This document shows, piece by piece, positions 47,917-58,495 of a stretch of DNA of 64,000 bases. Origin of the DNA: Desulfovibrionaceae bacterium (lineage in GTDB: Bacteria > Desulfobacterota > Desulfovibrionia > Desulfovibrionales > Desulfovibrionaceae); the NCBI GenBank assembly GCA_017454005.1, contig JAFTDU010000007.1, positions 19,522 to 83,521 of the forward strand, in the 5' to 3' direction. The position numbers and the translations under genes are program-made. Numbering within the stretch: the first letter of the stretch is position 1; each line of letters starts with the position of its first letter. The notes beneath the pieces are model-generated. The model worked only from the letters and a program-made list of their open reading frames with translations. It had not been told where the DNA came from and did not search any database.

Positions 47917-49776
47917 ATGGGAAGAGTTCTGCATATATTTTTGCTTGTGGCCTTGTGTTGCTTTCTGCAACCTACTCAAGTCCAAGCTGTGAGCACAGCA
48001 ACACGTCAAGCTCTGCTTGGTGCGATGGGGTCAGGCCTGCAAGAACAACAACAGCAAGAGCGCATGGCCCAAGAAACGCGTGGTGTTAAGGCAAGGCAAA
48101 GAGTAGATCAAGATGCTGTATATCCTGAAAAAGTGCAGCCAAGACCTATGACACGCAGTGATATTCGGATGCAAACTGACCGGCAAAACATGCGCAGCCA
48201 AATGCAGCGTAAACAGCCATCATCAATTGCAGCTCCGCCAGCTTATGCCCAAACTCCTTATTCTCCAGATTTAGTTGAAGGCTTAAAGCCCTATGGTGCC
48301 GATCTCTTTTTGGGTAATTTTGCAGGTACTTGGCAGAGTGGTATCCAAGCACAGTACACCGTGCAACCAGGTGATCGCATTATGGTGCGGTTGTGGGGGG
48401 CTGTGACCTTTGATGGGGTAGTTGTAGTTGACCAGCAAGGCAATATCTTTATTCCTGAGGTTGGGCCCATTAATGTAGAAGGCGTGTCAAACGCAGCCCT
48501 GCAAAGTGAGGTCACAAGTCAAATCAATGAGGTATTCACGCAAAACGTTGAAGCCTATGTGGATCTGCTCTCTACCCAACCTGTGGCTGTCTTTGTGACA
48601 GGCAATGTGATCCGTCCTGGTCACTATGCGGGTGGCCCCGATGATTCTGTGTTGTATTTTCTGGATCGGGCCGGTGGTATTGCGCCTGATTCCGGCAGCT
48701 ATCGTCAGATTACAGTGAAACGTGGTCGCCGTGTCTTAGCAAATATTGATCTCTATGATTTTTTGGTTCAAGGTAATCTTCCTGACGTCAAGCTACAGAA
48801 TGGGGATGTAATCTTAGTGGGTAAGCGGGGTGCCGGTGTCGCCGCCTTAGGGTTAATTCGCCAACAAGCTCGTTTTGAGTTTGGGGGGAATAAAAGCAAC
48901 AAAGGCGCGGCCTTAATGAAAATGGCGCAACCGCAGCCTGGGGCAACACACGTAAGTATCACCGGTACAAGACATCGCCAAAGTTTCAATACCTATATGA
49001 CTCTAGAAGAGTTTGCAGGCTTTCAACTCCTAGATGAGGATATAGTGGAGTTTCACGCCGATCGTCCAGGTTCGACCATTATGGTGGGGGCAGAAGGCGC
49101 CATTATGGGAACTAGTCGCTTTGCCGTGCGTAAAGGCTGTTCCCTTAAGCAATTGCTTTATTATGTGGGGGTAGAACGCAATACTGCATCTTGTGAGGCG
49201 CTCTATCTCAAACGGCGGAGTGTGGCTGCGCAACAAAAAAGGGCCATCACGGAGGCCTTGAATAATTTAGAAAAAAGCGTTTTGACAGCACGTTCCCAAT
49301 CGGTTGATGAAGCTAAAATTCGCGTCGAAGAAGCGGCTTTGGTGCAAGATTTTGTCAAACGGGCCTCGCAGATTCAACCAGATGGGGTTGTGGTCGTCTC
49401 TCATAAAGGCGAATTGAAGGATCCCATCTTGGAGGATGGTGATATTATCTATATCCCCCATAAATCTGATGTGGTGCAGATTGTGGGTGAAGTAGCTATC
49501 CCCAAAGCTGTGGTTTTTGATGCTAAGATGAAGTTAGATGATTATGTGCAGAGTGCCGGAGGCTTCACCGATCGGGCGAATAAGAACACGGTACTTGTGA
49601 TGAAACCCAATGGCGAAATCGGCAAGGTGGCGCAGCTTGGAATCTCGCCTGGCGATCAGATTATGGTTATGCCCATGTATGATTCAAAAACGGTGCAGTC
49701 AATTAAAGATATTGTGCAAATTATCTATCAACTTGCCGTGTCAGCTGGGGTCGTCTTAATCCCCCTTTGGACTTAA
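47917..49776 (+). CDS. kpsD: Capsule export protein KpsD/Wza-like with SLBB domains
   Basis: PYGADLF, YTVQPGD.I.VRLWG, VDQQGNIFIPEVGP, repeated SLBB motifs. Confidence 0.85.
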   Translation: MGRVLHIFLLVALCCFLQPTQVQAVSTATRQALLGAMGSGLQEQQQQERMAQETRGVKARQRVDQDAVYPEKVQPRPMTRSDIRMQTDRQNMRSQMQRKQPSSIAAPPAYAQTPYSPDLVEGLKPYGADLFLGNFAGTWQSGIQAQYTVQPGDRIMVRLWGAVTFDGVVVVDQQGNIFIPEVGPINVEGVSNAALQSEVTSQINEVFTQNVEAYVDLLSTQPVAVFVTGNVIRPGHYAGGPDDSVLYFLDRAGGIAPDSGSYRQITVKRGRRVLANIDLYDFLVQGNLPDVKLQNGDVILVGKRGAGVAALGLIRQQARFEFGGNKSNKGAALMKMAQPQPGATHVSITGTRHRQSFNTYMTLEEFAGFQLLDEDIVEFHADRPGSTIMVGAEGAIMGTSRFAVRKGCSLKQLLYYVGVERNTASCEALYLKRRSVAAQQKRAITEALNNLEKSVLTARSQSVDEAKIRVEEAALVQDFVKRASQIQPDGVVVVSHKGELKDPILEDGDIIYIPHKSDVVQIVGEVAIPKAVVFDAKMKLDDYVQSAGGFTDRANKNTVLVMKPNGEIGKVAQLGISPGDQIMVMPMYDSKTVQSIKDIVQIIYQLAVSAGVVLIPLWT

Positions 49777-49779
49777 ACC

Positions 49780-51975
49780 ATGGGCCGGTTAACGCGTTAC
49801 TACTTGCGCCATGCTGTTGCGAAATTGCGTAGCACTGTGAGCTTTAAGCCTCCAGAGTGGCTTAAGGCTAGCTTTATGGGATTAGACACACCCTGCTACG
49901 TCTCTTTTTCTAAAAAACTTAGCAAAATCCCCTATTTGCCAGGCTTTTTAGGGCATCCTGTAATGTATGTGCCAAGGTTCGCCAAGGCGCTCCTTGCTAA
50001 AATCTACCCAAAGGTTTTAGGTGTGCTTGTTTGGGGAGTTAAAGAAGAGACGCAAGTTACCCTCACTAAAGATACCTTCACTTCTTTAGGATTACTGCAC
50101 ACCTATATCATTAAACGTGGGGCGCAATCTGCAAGTCGCATGGGATGCGCAATTGCTTGCAAGTTCAATCTACCTTTAATACGGCTTGAAGATGGTTTTT
50201 TACGTTCTCTCGATTTAGGTGTCTTGGGGGCGCCACCTCTATCTATAGTTGTCGATACAACTGGCATGTATTATGACGCAAGACACCCCTCAGATCTTGA
50301 AAATATCCTAAATAGTGCTGAAGATTTTACAGAGCAAGCTGCAAGATGTTCTAAGTATTGTGCCGATCTTAAAAAATATAATCTAAGTAAGTATAACCAG
50401 GCAAAGGACTTTGATGCTCAATCTCTGCCTCACGATAATATATCCCGTATATTGATTATTGATCAAACCTTGGGTGATGTCAGTATAACCCTTGGTGGCG
50501 CTTCTTCACACACCTTTCAAGAGATGTTGACACATGTTTTGGCAAAGCATGCTCATGATCATATATACCTTAAAATCCATCCAGATGTGATATCTGGCCG
50601 TAAGCAAGGGCATTTTGATCTAAAGAAACTGCCAAAAGAGATTACAATTATAGCAGAAGATGTAGCACCATTATCCCTCTTGGAGCAGATGGATGAGGTC
50701 TATACTGTTTCAAGTCAAATGGGCTTTGAAGCCTTACTTTTAGGTAAAAAAGTTCACTGCTTTGGCTTACCATTTTACGCAGGTTGGGGTGTCACAGAGG
50801 ATCAATTGACGTGCCCAAGACGCAATCGCAAGCGGAATGTTTTAGATATTTTTTATGCTGCCTATATTCTTTATGCTAGGTATATCCAACCAACTACTGG
50901 CACGGCGTGCGCAATTGATCAAGTTATTAACCTCTTGCATGTGCAACGTAGCATAAATAACGCTAATCGTGGCTATCATGCTTGCTTTGGCTTTAAACGC
51001 TGGAAACAGGCGCATATTAAGGCGTTTTTAGCTTCATCTAGTGGTGAGTCACACTGTTTTAAAACTATTAATGAAGCCTGTGCGCAGGCAAAAGCTCATA
51101 ACGGGCAAGTAGTTGTGTGGTCTACACAGGTTAAACCAAAAGTTTTACAGGCTGTGCAGGCATTCCAAGTGCCCTTAGTGCGGGTTGAAGATGGTTTTTT
51201 GCGCTCTGTGGGCTTGGGGTCGAATTTTTTCCGTCCAGGCTCTCTTGTTATTGATGATCTAGGCATCTATTTTGACCCAAGTGCACCAAGCAGATTAGAA
51301 TCTATTTTAAATGCCGAAAGAACAGATGAAGAACTAGCCCAAGCACGCACGCTAATCAAGCTTCTTGTGGATTTGGGGATTAGTAAATATAACGTTAGGG
51401 GTAAGCGAGAACTCCCAAATCTTCCCACAGATCGGACTGTTATTTTAGTGCCAGGTCAAGTGGAAGATGATGCCTCTGTGCGCTTAGGTGGCCAAGGCAT
51501 TTATAGTAACTTGGGACTCTTAAAAACTGTACGCGCAGCTCATCCCAATAGTTATCTCATCTACAAAGAGCATCCAGATGTTGTGAGTGGCAATCGCATT
51601 GGGAAGGTACAAGAATCTGATTTAAAACAGATTGCCGATCTTGTCTTGCGTACAACCCCCATTGAAGATGTCTTACAAGTCGTAGATGAGGTGCATACCT
51701 TAACCTCCCTAACAGGCTTTGAAGCCTTGCTTAGGGGGCGCAAAGTTTACACCTATGGCGGCCCCTTTTATGCGGGTTTTGGTTTAACAATTGATCGGCT
51801 AAAATTTCCAAGGCGCAAACCTCTTGCCTCTTTAGAACATTTAGTCGCCGGCACCTTGCTCATCTATCCCCGCTACTATGATTGGGTAAACGGGCAGATT
51901 ACTGACTGTTTTAGTTTCTTAGAGTGGCTTGTCAAAGCCAAAACCAATGCTTATACAGCTAAAGACATACTTTAG
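49780..51975 (+). CDS. kpsC: Capsule Kdo-linker transferase KpsC/WcbA/LipA
   Basis: Two tandem domains, each with EDGFLRS, SKYN, K.HPD and S..GFEALL. Confidence 0.92.
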   Translation: MGRLTRYYLRHAVAKLRSTVSFKPPEWLKASFMGLDTPCYVSFSKKLSKIPYLPGFLGHPVMYVPRFAKALLAKIYPKVLGVLVWGVKEETQVTLTKDTFTSLGLLHTYIIKRGAQSASRMGCAIACKFNLPLIRLEDGFLRSLDLGVLGAPPLSIVVDTTGMYYDARHPSDLENILNSAEDFTEQAARCSKYCADLKKYNLSKYNQAKDFDAQSLPHDNISRILIIDQTLGDVSITLGGASSHTFQEMLTHVLAKHAHDHIYLKIHPDVISGRKQGHFDLKKLPKEITIIAEDVAPLSLLEQMDEVYTVSSQMGFEALLLGKKVHCFGLPFYAGWGVTEDQLTCPRRNRKRNVLDIFYAAYILYARYIQPTTGTACAIDQVINLLHVQRSINNANRGYHACFGFKRWKQAHIKAFLASSSGESHCFKTINEACAQAKAHNGQVVVWSTQVKPKVLQAVQAFQVPLVRVEDGFLRSVGLGSNFFRPGSLVIDDLGIYFDPSAPSRLESILNAERTDEELAQARTLIKLLVDLGISKYNVRGKRELPNLPTDRTVILVPGQVEDDASVRLGGQGIYSNLGLLKTVRAAHPNSYLIYKEHPDVVSGNRIGKVQESDLKQIADLVLRTTPIEDVLQVVDEVHTLTSLTGFEALLRGRKVYTYGGPFYAGFGLTIDRLKFPRRKPLASLEHLVAGTLLIYPRYYDWVNGQITDCFSFLEWLVKAKTNAYTAKDIL

Positions 51976-52450
51976 TCATTATTGAACTGCAAAATTCGAC
52001 ATTTTTAGGTCTAATCTTACGAACAGCATGCTTTGACTATCAATAATTTCAGAAAATATTATTTGCGAATATAGCACACAATTTAGATCATGGATTGATT
52101 GTAATAATGATTTGCATGGTCAAAAAGATTTTCTTCATGATTATAAGTGACTTAAAGTTATTTTTTTATGTCTTAGAAAATTTGATTCAAAATGTAATTG
52201 CATAAGTAATATATTCTGTTTGTCAGAAAGATTTACAAGGGATGGAGATTGTTAGAATCTCTCTGAACTATATTTAGGACGTGGAAGACGTACAAAATTT
52301 TTCCGCGATACACTCAACAAGAATGTTTCTGGGAAACGTGTCATCAATAGAACAAACTTGACAAACAAGATTTGTTCTAAACACTAAAAAGGAGAAGCGT
52401 TCCTCCTCAACCTGTAAATTTAGGTTGTGGCTACCGCGCTAAAATTTTTT

Positions 52451-55400
52451 ATGAATGCCTGCATTACGCTGCCCATTGCCATCATCGGAGTCGGGTTACG
52501 GCTTCCAGGAGGTGTGAATGACCTCGACTCCTTATGGTCCGTGCTTCAAGGAGGGCGTGACTGTATCGTGCCTATTCCCTCAGAGCGTTTTAACGCAGCA
52601 CGTTTTTACCATCCTGAGCGGACGCATCCAGGCACTAGTGTCTGTATGCAGGCAGGTTTATTAGATGATATATATGCTTTTGATGCGGAATTTTTTGGCA
52701 TTTCGCCCAAAGAAGCCGCTGCCATGGATCCGCAACAACGTCTGCTCTTGCAGTTAACATGGGAGGCCTTTGAAGATGCGGGTCTTGTCCCATCCAGTTA
52801 TGCTAACTCAGATACAGCAGTCTTTGTAGGTGCTGCAAGTCCAGATAGTGGTACTATCCATGCAGATGATCTATGTGCTACCAGTCCCTATAGCATGACA
52901 GGTACTAATCTCAGTATCATCGCTAATCGCATATCATACATATATAATTTCCACGGCCCAAGCTATACTCTAGATACAGCCTGTTCTTCTGCCATGTATG
53001 CCTTATATGCAGCATGTCAGGCCTTAGCCCACGGTGAAACAAGCCTTGCCATTGCTGCTGGTGTAAATGTCTTATTAGCACCGTATGCTTTTGTGGGCTT
53101 TTCCCAAGCCTATATGCTCTCCCCAGAAGGCCGCTGCAAGGTTTTTGATGCGACAGGTGATGGCTATGTTAGATCTGAAGGCGGTGGCGTTCTATTGCTT
53201 GAGCCTTTACAGGAAGCGGTAGTCAAGGGGCATCCTATCCATGCTGTTATTCGCGGGATAGGTTGCAATAGTGATGGGCGCACGCAAGGCATTGCTTTGC
53301 CCAGTCAAGAGGCCCAAGCAGCCTTACTCAAGATGGTCTATACTGAGAGTCACTGCGATCCCAATACCTTAAGCTATCTAGAGGCCCATGGTACAGGAAC
53401 TATTGTGGGTGACCCCATTGAGGCGCGTGCCATAGGGGAGGTCTTAGGTCAAAAACGTGAGCGCCCCTTAACTATTGGATCTGTTAAATGCAACTTAGGA
53501 CACTTGGAAACAGCCTCAGCCATGGCTGGCATCATGAAAGCCTTGGCCATGCTGCGTACACGCCAAATCCCAAGACAGATTAATTTGAGCAAGCTAAATC
53601 CGGCTATAGATTTTCATGCTCTAAATCTAAGTGTACCCTTAGAGCTTACAAATCTTCCCAAAGGAACAGACTCAACCTATAGAATTGGGGTCAATTCCTT
53701 TGGTTTTGGTGGTGCCAACGGGCATGTACTCTTAGAAAGTGTGGAAGAGCCCGCAAGTCCTGCTCTTTCAGACGTTACATCTCTTCCTCCCTTATGCTTA
53801 CAGGCCCGTAGTAGCAAAAGTTTAGAAGACTTTGCAAAAAGCATATATAACCTTGTGCATGCTGATCCAAAAGCCTATGTGGCAATTGCTAGTAGATTAG
53901 CTCATAAGTATGAGGCTATGCCCAATCGTGTGGTCATAGAAGAAAAAGATCAGACGCATCTTAATGATTTAGCAGACCCCAATGTCAACTTAAAACAAGC
54001 CCAAGCCCAAATTCCCCTAACACCAAGGCCAAAGTGTGCCTTTGTGTTCACAGGTAATGGCTGTCACTGGGTTGGCATGGCGAAAGATCTTTTAGCACTA
54101 CCTACTTTTAAGATGGCTGTAGCCAAGGTCGCCGAGATTTTTCAAAGCTATGCTAATCAGGATCTTTTAACATTATTAGAGACGGCCAACGAGGCAGATT
54201 TAGATCGCACTGAGTTAACCCAACCCCTCATTTTTATGATTCAAGTAGGGCTTTGTGCACTCTTGAAAGAACAGGGAGTTACGGCTGATGTGGTCTTAGG
54301 GCACAGTGTAGGTGAGGTCTGTGCCGCTTATTATGCTGGACTTTTATCTATAGAAGATGCAGTTAAAGTCGTCTATTACAGAAGCCTCTATCAAGGTAAG
54401 ACCAAAGGCTTAGGCCAAATGGCTGCAGCGAAACTTGAGGTTGAAGAGGCCTTAAGTCTTGCGCAAGATGTTGGTTTTGGCGAGGTTGAGATTGCAGGTA
54501 TTAATGCGCCTGGCTCCCTCACCTTATCTGGTTCAGCAAGGGGCTTGGCCGAGATTGGAAGCATTTTACGTAAACGCCATAGTGTGTTTAAGCTCTTGCC
54601 CCTAGATTATGCCTTTCACAGTAAATTTATGCAGCCAATAGAGGCAGAGTTAAAAGAAGCTTTAGCTGGCTTAAAGACGCATACTCCTAACTGTCTCTTT
54701 CTCTCAAGTGTGGCTGAGTGTGCTAGCTCTGGCCTCGTACAGGCTCAAGATACCCCCATTCCTGTAACTCATTGTGATGCTGAATACTGGTGGCAAAATA
54801 TTCGTAGACCTGTGCATTTTGCACGGGCGGTTAAAGCGGCTCTCTTGCAAGGTGTGCGCTGCTTTTTAGAAATTGGGCCCCATGCCATTTTGCAGCAGTA
54901 TCTGCGCCAGATCTGTAAATCTCTTGGCATTACAGCCTATATAGGTGCCACCATGCAGCGCCAAGTAGCCAATGGCACTCTTTTGCCTAAGGTTTGGCAG
55001 CAATTATGGGTGCATGGCTGGCCAGTAGATTTAAAGTGTCATGTGCCCATGCCAAGCCAGCATGTAGATTTGCCCCACTATGCCTGGCAAAATATGCACC
55101 ATGAACTTTGCCAGACGCCTGAAGCATTGGGCCTTTTGCACGGGGAAACCTTGCATCCTCTCCTTGGCACAAGGCGGGCCATAGGGGTCTTTGAGCAGGA
55201 TATAGATCTGCTTAAATACCCATGGATTAGTGATCACAGGGTCGGGGAAGCCTGTTTTTATCCTGCAGCCTGCTTCCTTGAGATGTACTTTGCAGCAGCT
55301 GCTACAAAGTATGGCCTTGAGAAGCCCCTAGAGTTACAAAATGCTGCCATATTGCGGCCTGTTATCTTTGATGCCACACAAAGTATCAAATTACAGACGA

Positions 55401-58400
55401 CCTTAGAAAGCTTAGATGGCGAGGTGAGAATCTATAGTCGACCCCTTATGCAGGATAGCGACTGGGTCATGCATACCCATGGCAGAGTCTTACAAAGTGC
55501 AGCCAAAGCGCCGCAACATTGTCATATTCTTGCAGATCCGAGAGAATTTGGGCACGAGATAGATGTTGCAGACTTTTATGCCTTAACTAGACGTGCCAAC
55601 ATGCACTATGGGCCTTATTTTCAGCCCATTGAGCGTTTATGGGTGAATGATGCTGGCTCCCAAGCTTTTGCCAAGTTTGTAGAGCCTCGAGAATTTGAAG
55701 CAGATATGTTGATTCCGCCAGCAATCCTTGATGGTGGTTTACAGCTTTTATTTGCTCTAATAGAACCATATGTTGCGCTTGTGCCAGCCCCAAGACTTCC
55801 CTATTGGTTTGATCGTTGTGTGCTTTATCAACCTGGCCGCCCTGCCTATGTCTTCTTTGAATTACATTCTGCCAATGTCCGCAATATTGTCTGTACAGTG
55901 ACATTATATGCTAAAGATGGCGCACCTCTTTTAAAATTAAGTTCTGGCCGGGCACGTACGGTTGCACGATTAGGCGATACCACTAAAACAAAATGTTATA
56001 CGACAAGTTATCTACCAAAAAGTTTGGGTATATCGGGCTTAGACCCTGATCTTGCAACAAATCTTGAATCTGCGTTGCAAGCAAAAGGAGCTACTCAGGA
56101 TACAACGAGTCTCATTGATGCAGAATACTTGCAGGAAGCCTATGTGCAGGCACTTGTTTCTGAAATACACCCACGAAACCTTCCAGCCCCTCTGCAAACC
56201 TATGTTGATAATATACGCACGCATGTAGATTCTCTTCCAGAATCCCAAGCTATTTGGCAGACCTTGTGGCATGATTATCCAGATTTATCGCATGCAAATC
56301 TCTTGCTCTTAGCCTTAAAATTGAGTTTAGAAGCGGGGCAAAATATTAGTAAAGTTGCCTTGCAAAACTATCATGAAAAGCTTGTGAGCAATGCTCTGCC
56401 TTTTCTTGAGATAATTTTGCAAAATGTGAAAAGGCTACAAGCACAAGATACGACCTTTAAAGTGGTCGTGCAGGGATTTACTCAAGTTACCTTGCCAAGC
56501 TTAACCCCAATCCTTGCCCATGAAGAGCTCTTAGTTACAGCTAAAACTCATGCTGAAACACAACTCTTAGCAAGTCCTAAGGCGTGGGAGCCTACTACTG
56601 CGCTCTTTAGTTCCGCTCTTTGGGATGTGGAAAAAGAACCTGCTCCCAATGGTCAACACCATGTGCTAGTTTTCTGTCATGCCTTGCATAGCGCAAAAAA
56701 TCTAAAAACTGCTTTAACTAATATTCGCGAGAGTCTTTTGCCTAATGGCTTCTGTGTGTTGATGGAAGAGAAGCCAAGTCTTTTTGGGGATCTCTGTCAT
56801 GGCTTTGATGCTAGTTGGTGGGAGAATTCACCAAATGCTGCAAACCCCACAGGGCAACTTTTAAGTTCTGAGAAGTGGCGCGAGCTCTTGTTGCAAGCAG
56901 GTTTTAGCAGCGTTTTTGCTATCGGTGCTGGACGCGAATTTGTTCTTTTGGCTTTTGCTCCAGGGCATACTCTTGCAAGAGATGCAGCAAAATATCTTTT
57001 TGTGCCCACAGGCTATGAGACGCAAAAGCTTGGGCAAGACTTAAAAGAGCTTCTAACTCTTGATCTAGGCGAATCTTCTGTTACTAAAGAAGATTTTGCA
57101 AAGGTTTGGGCGCAAGCAGAGCCAGAAGTGATAGTAGCCTTAGACCCAGATCTTTGTGACTCCAAAGCTAATATTTTACTAAACCTAGCCCAAAGTTTTG
57201 CAAAAAGTGGCCTAAAAAAGGCTCATGTGTGGCTCTTAACTTTTGGCGCTTGTGTTTTGAATTGTGATCAAGAGGCAGATCCTTATGCTGCAGCCGCCTG
57301 GGGCTTAGCAAGAGTCATCATGAATGAGCAGCCAAACTTGCAATTAACCCTTATTGATCTACCTAAAGCATGGCAGGGTACTGTTAAAAACCTTGCGCAA
57401 GAAGTGCAAGAAAATACTTCTGAGTGTGAGCTTATTTTAAGAGATACCAGACGCTATATTTTGCGCAGCCATGAGGTTGTAAATACTGTTGCTAAAGCAG
57501 AAGATGCAAATGTATGTCTAGAGATTCTTGATCCAGGTCACCTGGAAACCTTGACTTTTGTGCCCTGTGCAAGAGGTGTTTTAAGTCCAGGTGACGTTGA
57601 AGTTGAAATGGAGGCTGTGGGCTTAAATTTCCGTGATGTGATGTGGGCCATGAATCTCTTGCCAGAAGAGGCTCTCGAACAAGGCTTTTCAGGGCCTGGC
57701 CTTGGTATTGAGGGTGCAGGACGCATTAGCCGCGTAAGTAGTAATACATGTGACTTAGAAGTAGGTCAGCCTGTACTCTGTTTTGGGCCCAAGTGTTTTC
57801 AGCGTTATGTGCGTACAACACGTGAAGCCTGTGCCATCTTACCCCAAGGCCTTAACTTTGTGCAGGCAGCAACCTTACCTGTGACCTTTTTTACGGCCTA
57901 CTATGCCTTACACTACTTGGCAGACTTGCAGGTTGGTGAGCGGGTCTTAATCCATGGCGCATGTGGTGGGGTAGGTCTTGCTGCCCTACAAATTGCAAAG
58001 ACTCTTGGGGCTGAAATCTATGCAACAGCTGGCACACCTCTTAAACGTGCCCTTTTAAAAGAGCTTGGCATCCCCCACATCTTTGATTCACGCTCCTTAA
58101 GTTTTAAAGATGAGATCTTGGAGGAAACTTGCGGAGTTGGCGTTGACTGTGTCTTAAACTCCTTGGCAGGTGAAGCCTTGCGGGCCAGTTTACAGCTCTT
58201 GCGGCCCTTTGGCAGGTTTTTAGAGCTTGGCAAAAGCGACTTTTATGCGGATGCACCCTTACGCTTAAAGCCCTTTAGCAAAAATGTGACCTATTATGGC
58301 ATAGATGTGGATCAGCTCATGTTGTGTCGACCAAGCTTAGGGCAACGGTTATTGACTGAGCTCATGCAGAAGTTTGCAGATGGGATCTATAAACCTCTCC

Positions 58401-58495
58401 CGGCCACGGTCTTTCCAGCGACTGCCATTGAAAGTGCATTTCGCTTGATGCAAAAGTCACAACATGTGGGCAAAATTGTGGTAACCTTGGCGTGA
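52451..58495 (+). CDS. Type I PKS, WcbR/RkpA-like, N-terminal part (KS-AT-DH-degenerate MT-ER)
   Basis: KS: DTACSS, HGTGT, NLGHLE. AT: GHSVG, YAFHS. DH: HPLLG, HRVGEACFYP. ER: LIHGACGGVG...GKIVV. Confidence 0.92.
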   Translation: MNACITLPIAIIGVGLRLPGGVNDLDSLWSVLQGGRDCIVPIPSERFNAARFYHPERTHPGTSVCMQAGLLDDIYAFDAEFFGISPKEAAAMDPQQRLLLQLTWEAFEDAGLVPSSYANSDTAVFVGAASPDSGTIHADDLCATSPYSMTGTNLSIIANRISYIYNFHGPSYTLDTACSSAMYALYAACQALAHGETSLAIAAGVNVLLAPYAFVGFSQAYMLSPEGRCKVFDATGDGYVRSEGGGVLLLEPLQEAVVKGHPIHAVIRGIGCNSDGRTQGIALPSQEAQAALLKMVYTESHCDPNTLSYLEAHGTGTIVGDPIEARAIGEVLGQKRERPLTIGSVKCNLGHLETASAMAGIMKALAMLRTRQIPRQINLSKLNPAIDFHALNLSVPLELTNLPKGTDSTYRIGVNSFGFGGANGHVLLESVEEPASPALSDVTSLPPLCLQARSSKSLEDFAKSIYNLVHADPKAYVAIASRLAHKYEAMPNRVVIEEKDQTHLNDLADPNVNLKQAQAQIPLTPRPKCAFVFTGNGCHWVGMAKDLLALPTFKMAVAKVAEIFQSYANQDLLTLLETANEADLDRTELTQPLIFMIQVGLCALLKEQGVTADVVLGHSVGEVCAAYYAGLLSIEDAVKVVYYRSLYQGKTKGLGQMAAAKLEVEEALSLAQDVGFGEVEIAGINAPGSLTLSGSARGLAEIGSILRKRHSVFKLLPLDYAFHSKFMQPIEAELKEALAGLKTHTPNCLFLSSVAECASSGLVQAQDTPIPVTHCDAEYWWQNIRRPVHFARAVKAALLQGVRCFLEIGPHAILQQYLRQICKSLGITAYIGATMQRQVANGTLLPKVWQQLWVHGWPVDLKCHVPMPSQHVDLPHYAWQNMHHELCQTPEALGLLHGETLHPLLGTRRAIGVFEQDIDLLKYPWISDHRVGEACFYPAACFLEMYFAAAATKYGLEKPLELQNAAILRPVIFDATQSIKLQTTLESLDGEVRIYSRPLMQDSDWVMHTHGRVLQSAAKAPQHCHILADPREFGHEIDVADFYALTRRANMHYGPYFQPIERLWVNDAGSQAFAKFVEPREFEADMLIPPAILDGGLQLLFALIEPYVALVPAPRLPYWFDRCVLYQPGRPAYVFFELHSANVRNIVCTVTLYAKDGAPLLKLSSGRARTVARLGDTTKTKCYTTSYLPKSLGISGLDPDLATNLESALQAKGATQDTTSLIDAEYLQEAYVQALVSEIHPRNLPAPLQTYVDNIRTHVDSLPESQAIWQTLWHDYPDLSHANLLLLALKLSLEAGQNISKVALQNYHEKLVSNALPFLEIILQNVKRLQAQDTTFKVVVQGFTQVTLPSLTPILAHEELLVTAKTHAETQLLASPKAWEPTTALFSSALWDVEKEPAPNGQHHVLVFCHALHSAKNLKTALTNIRESLLPNGFCVLMEEKPSLFGDLCHGFDASWWENSPNAANPTGQLLSSEKWRELLLQAGFSSVFAIGAGREFVLLAFAPGHTLARDAAKYLFVPTGYETQKLGQDLKELLTLDLGESSVTKEDFAKVWAQAEPEVIVALDPDLCDSKANILLNLAQSFAKSGLKKAHVWLLTFGACVLNCDQEADPYAAAAWGLARVIMNEQPNLQLTLIDLPKAWQGTVKNLAQEVQENTSECELILRDTRRYILRSHEVVNTVAKAEDANVCLEILDPGHLETLTFVPCARGVLSPGDVEVEMEAVGLNFRDVMWAMNLLPEEALEQGFSGPGLGIEGAGRISRVSSNTCDLEVGQPVLCFGPKCFQRYVRTTREACAILPQGLNFVQAATLPVTFFTAYYALHYLADLQVGERVLIHGACGGVGLAALQIAKTLGAEIYATAGTPLKRALLKELGIPHIFDSRSLSFKDEILEETCGVGVDCVLNSLAGEALRASLQLLRPFGRFLELGKSDFYADAPLRLKPFSKNVTYYGIDVDQLMLCRPSLGQRLLTELMQKFADGIYKPLPATVFPATAIESAFRLMQKSQHVGKIVVTLA

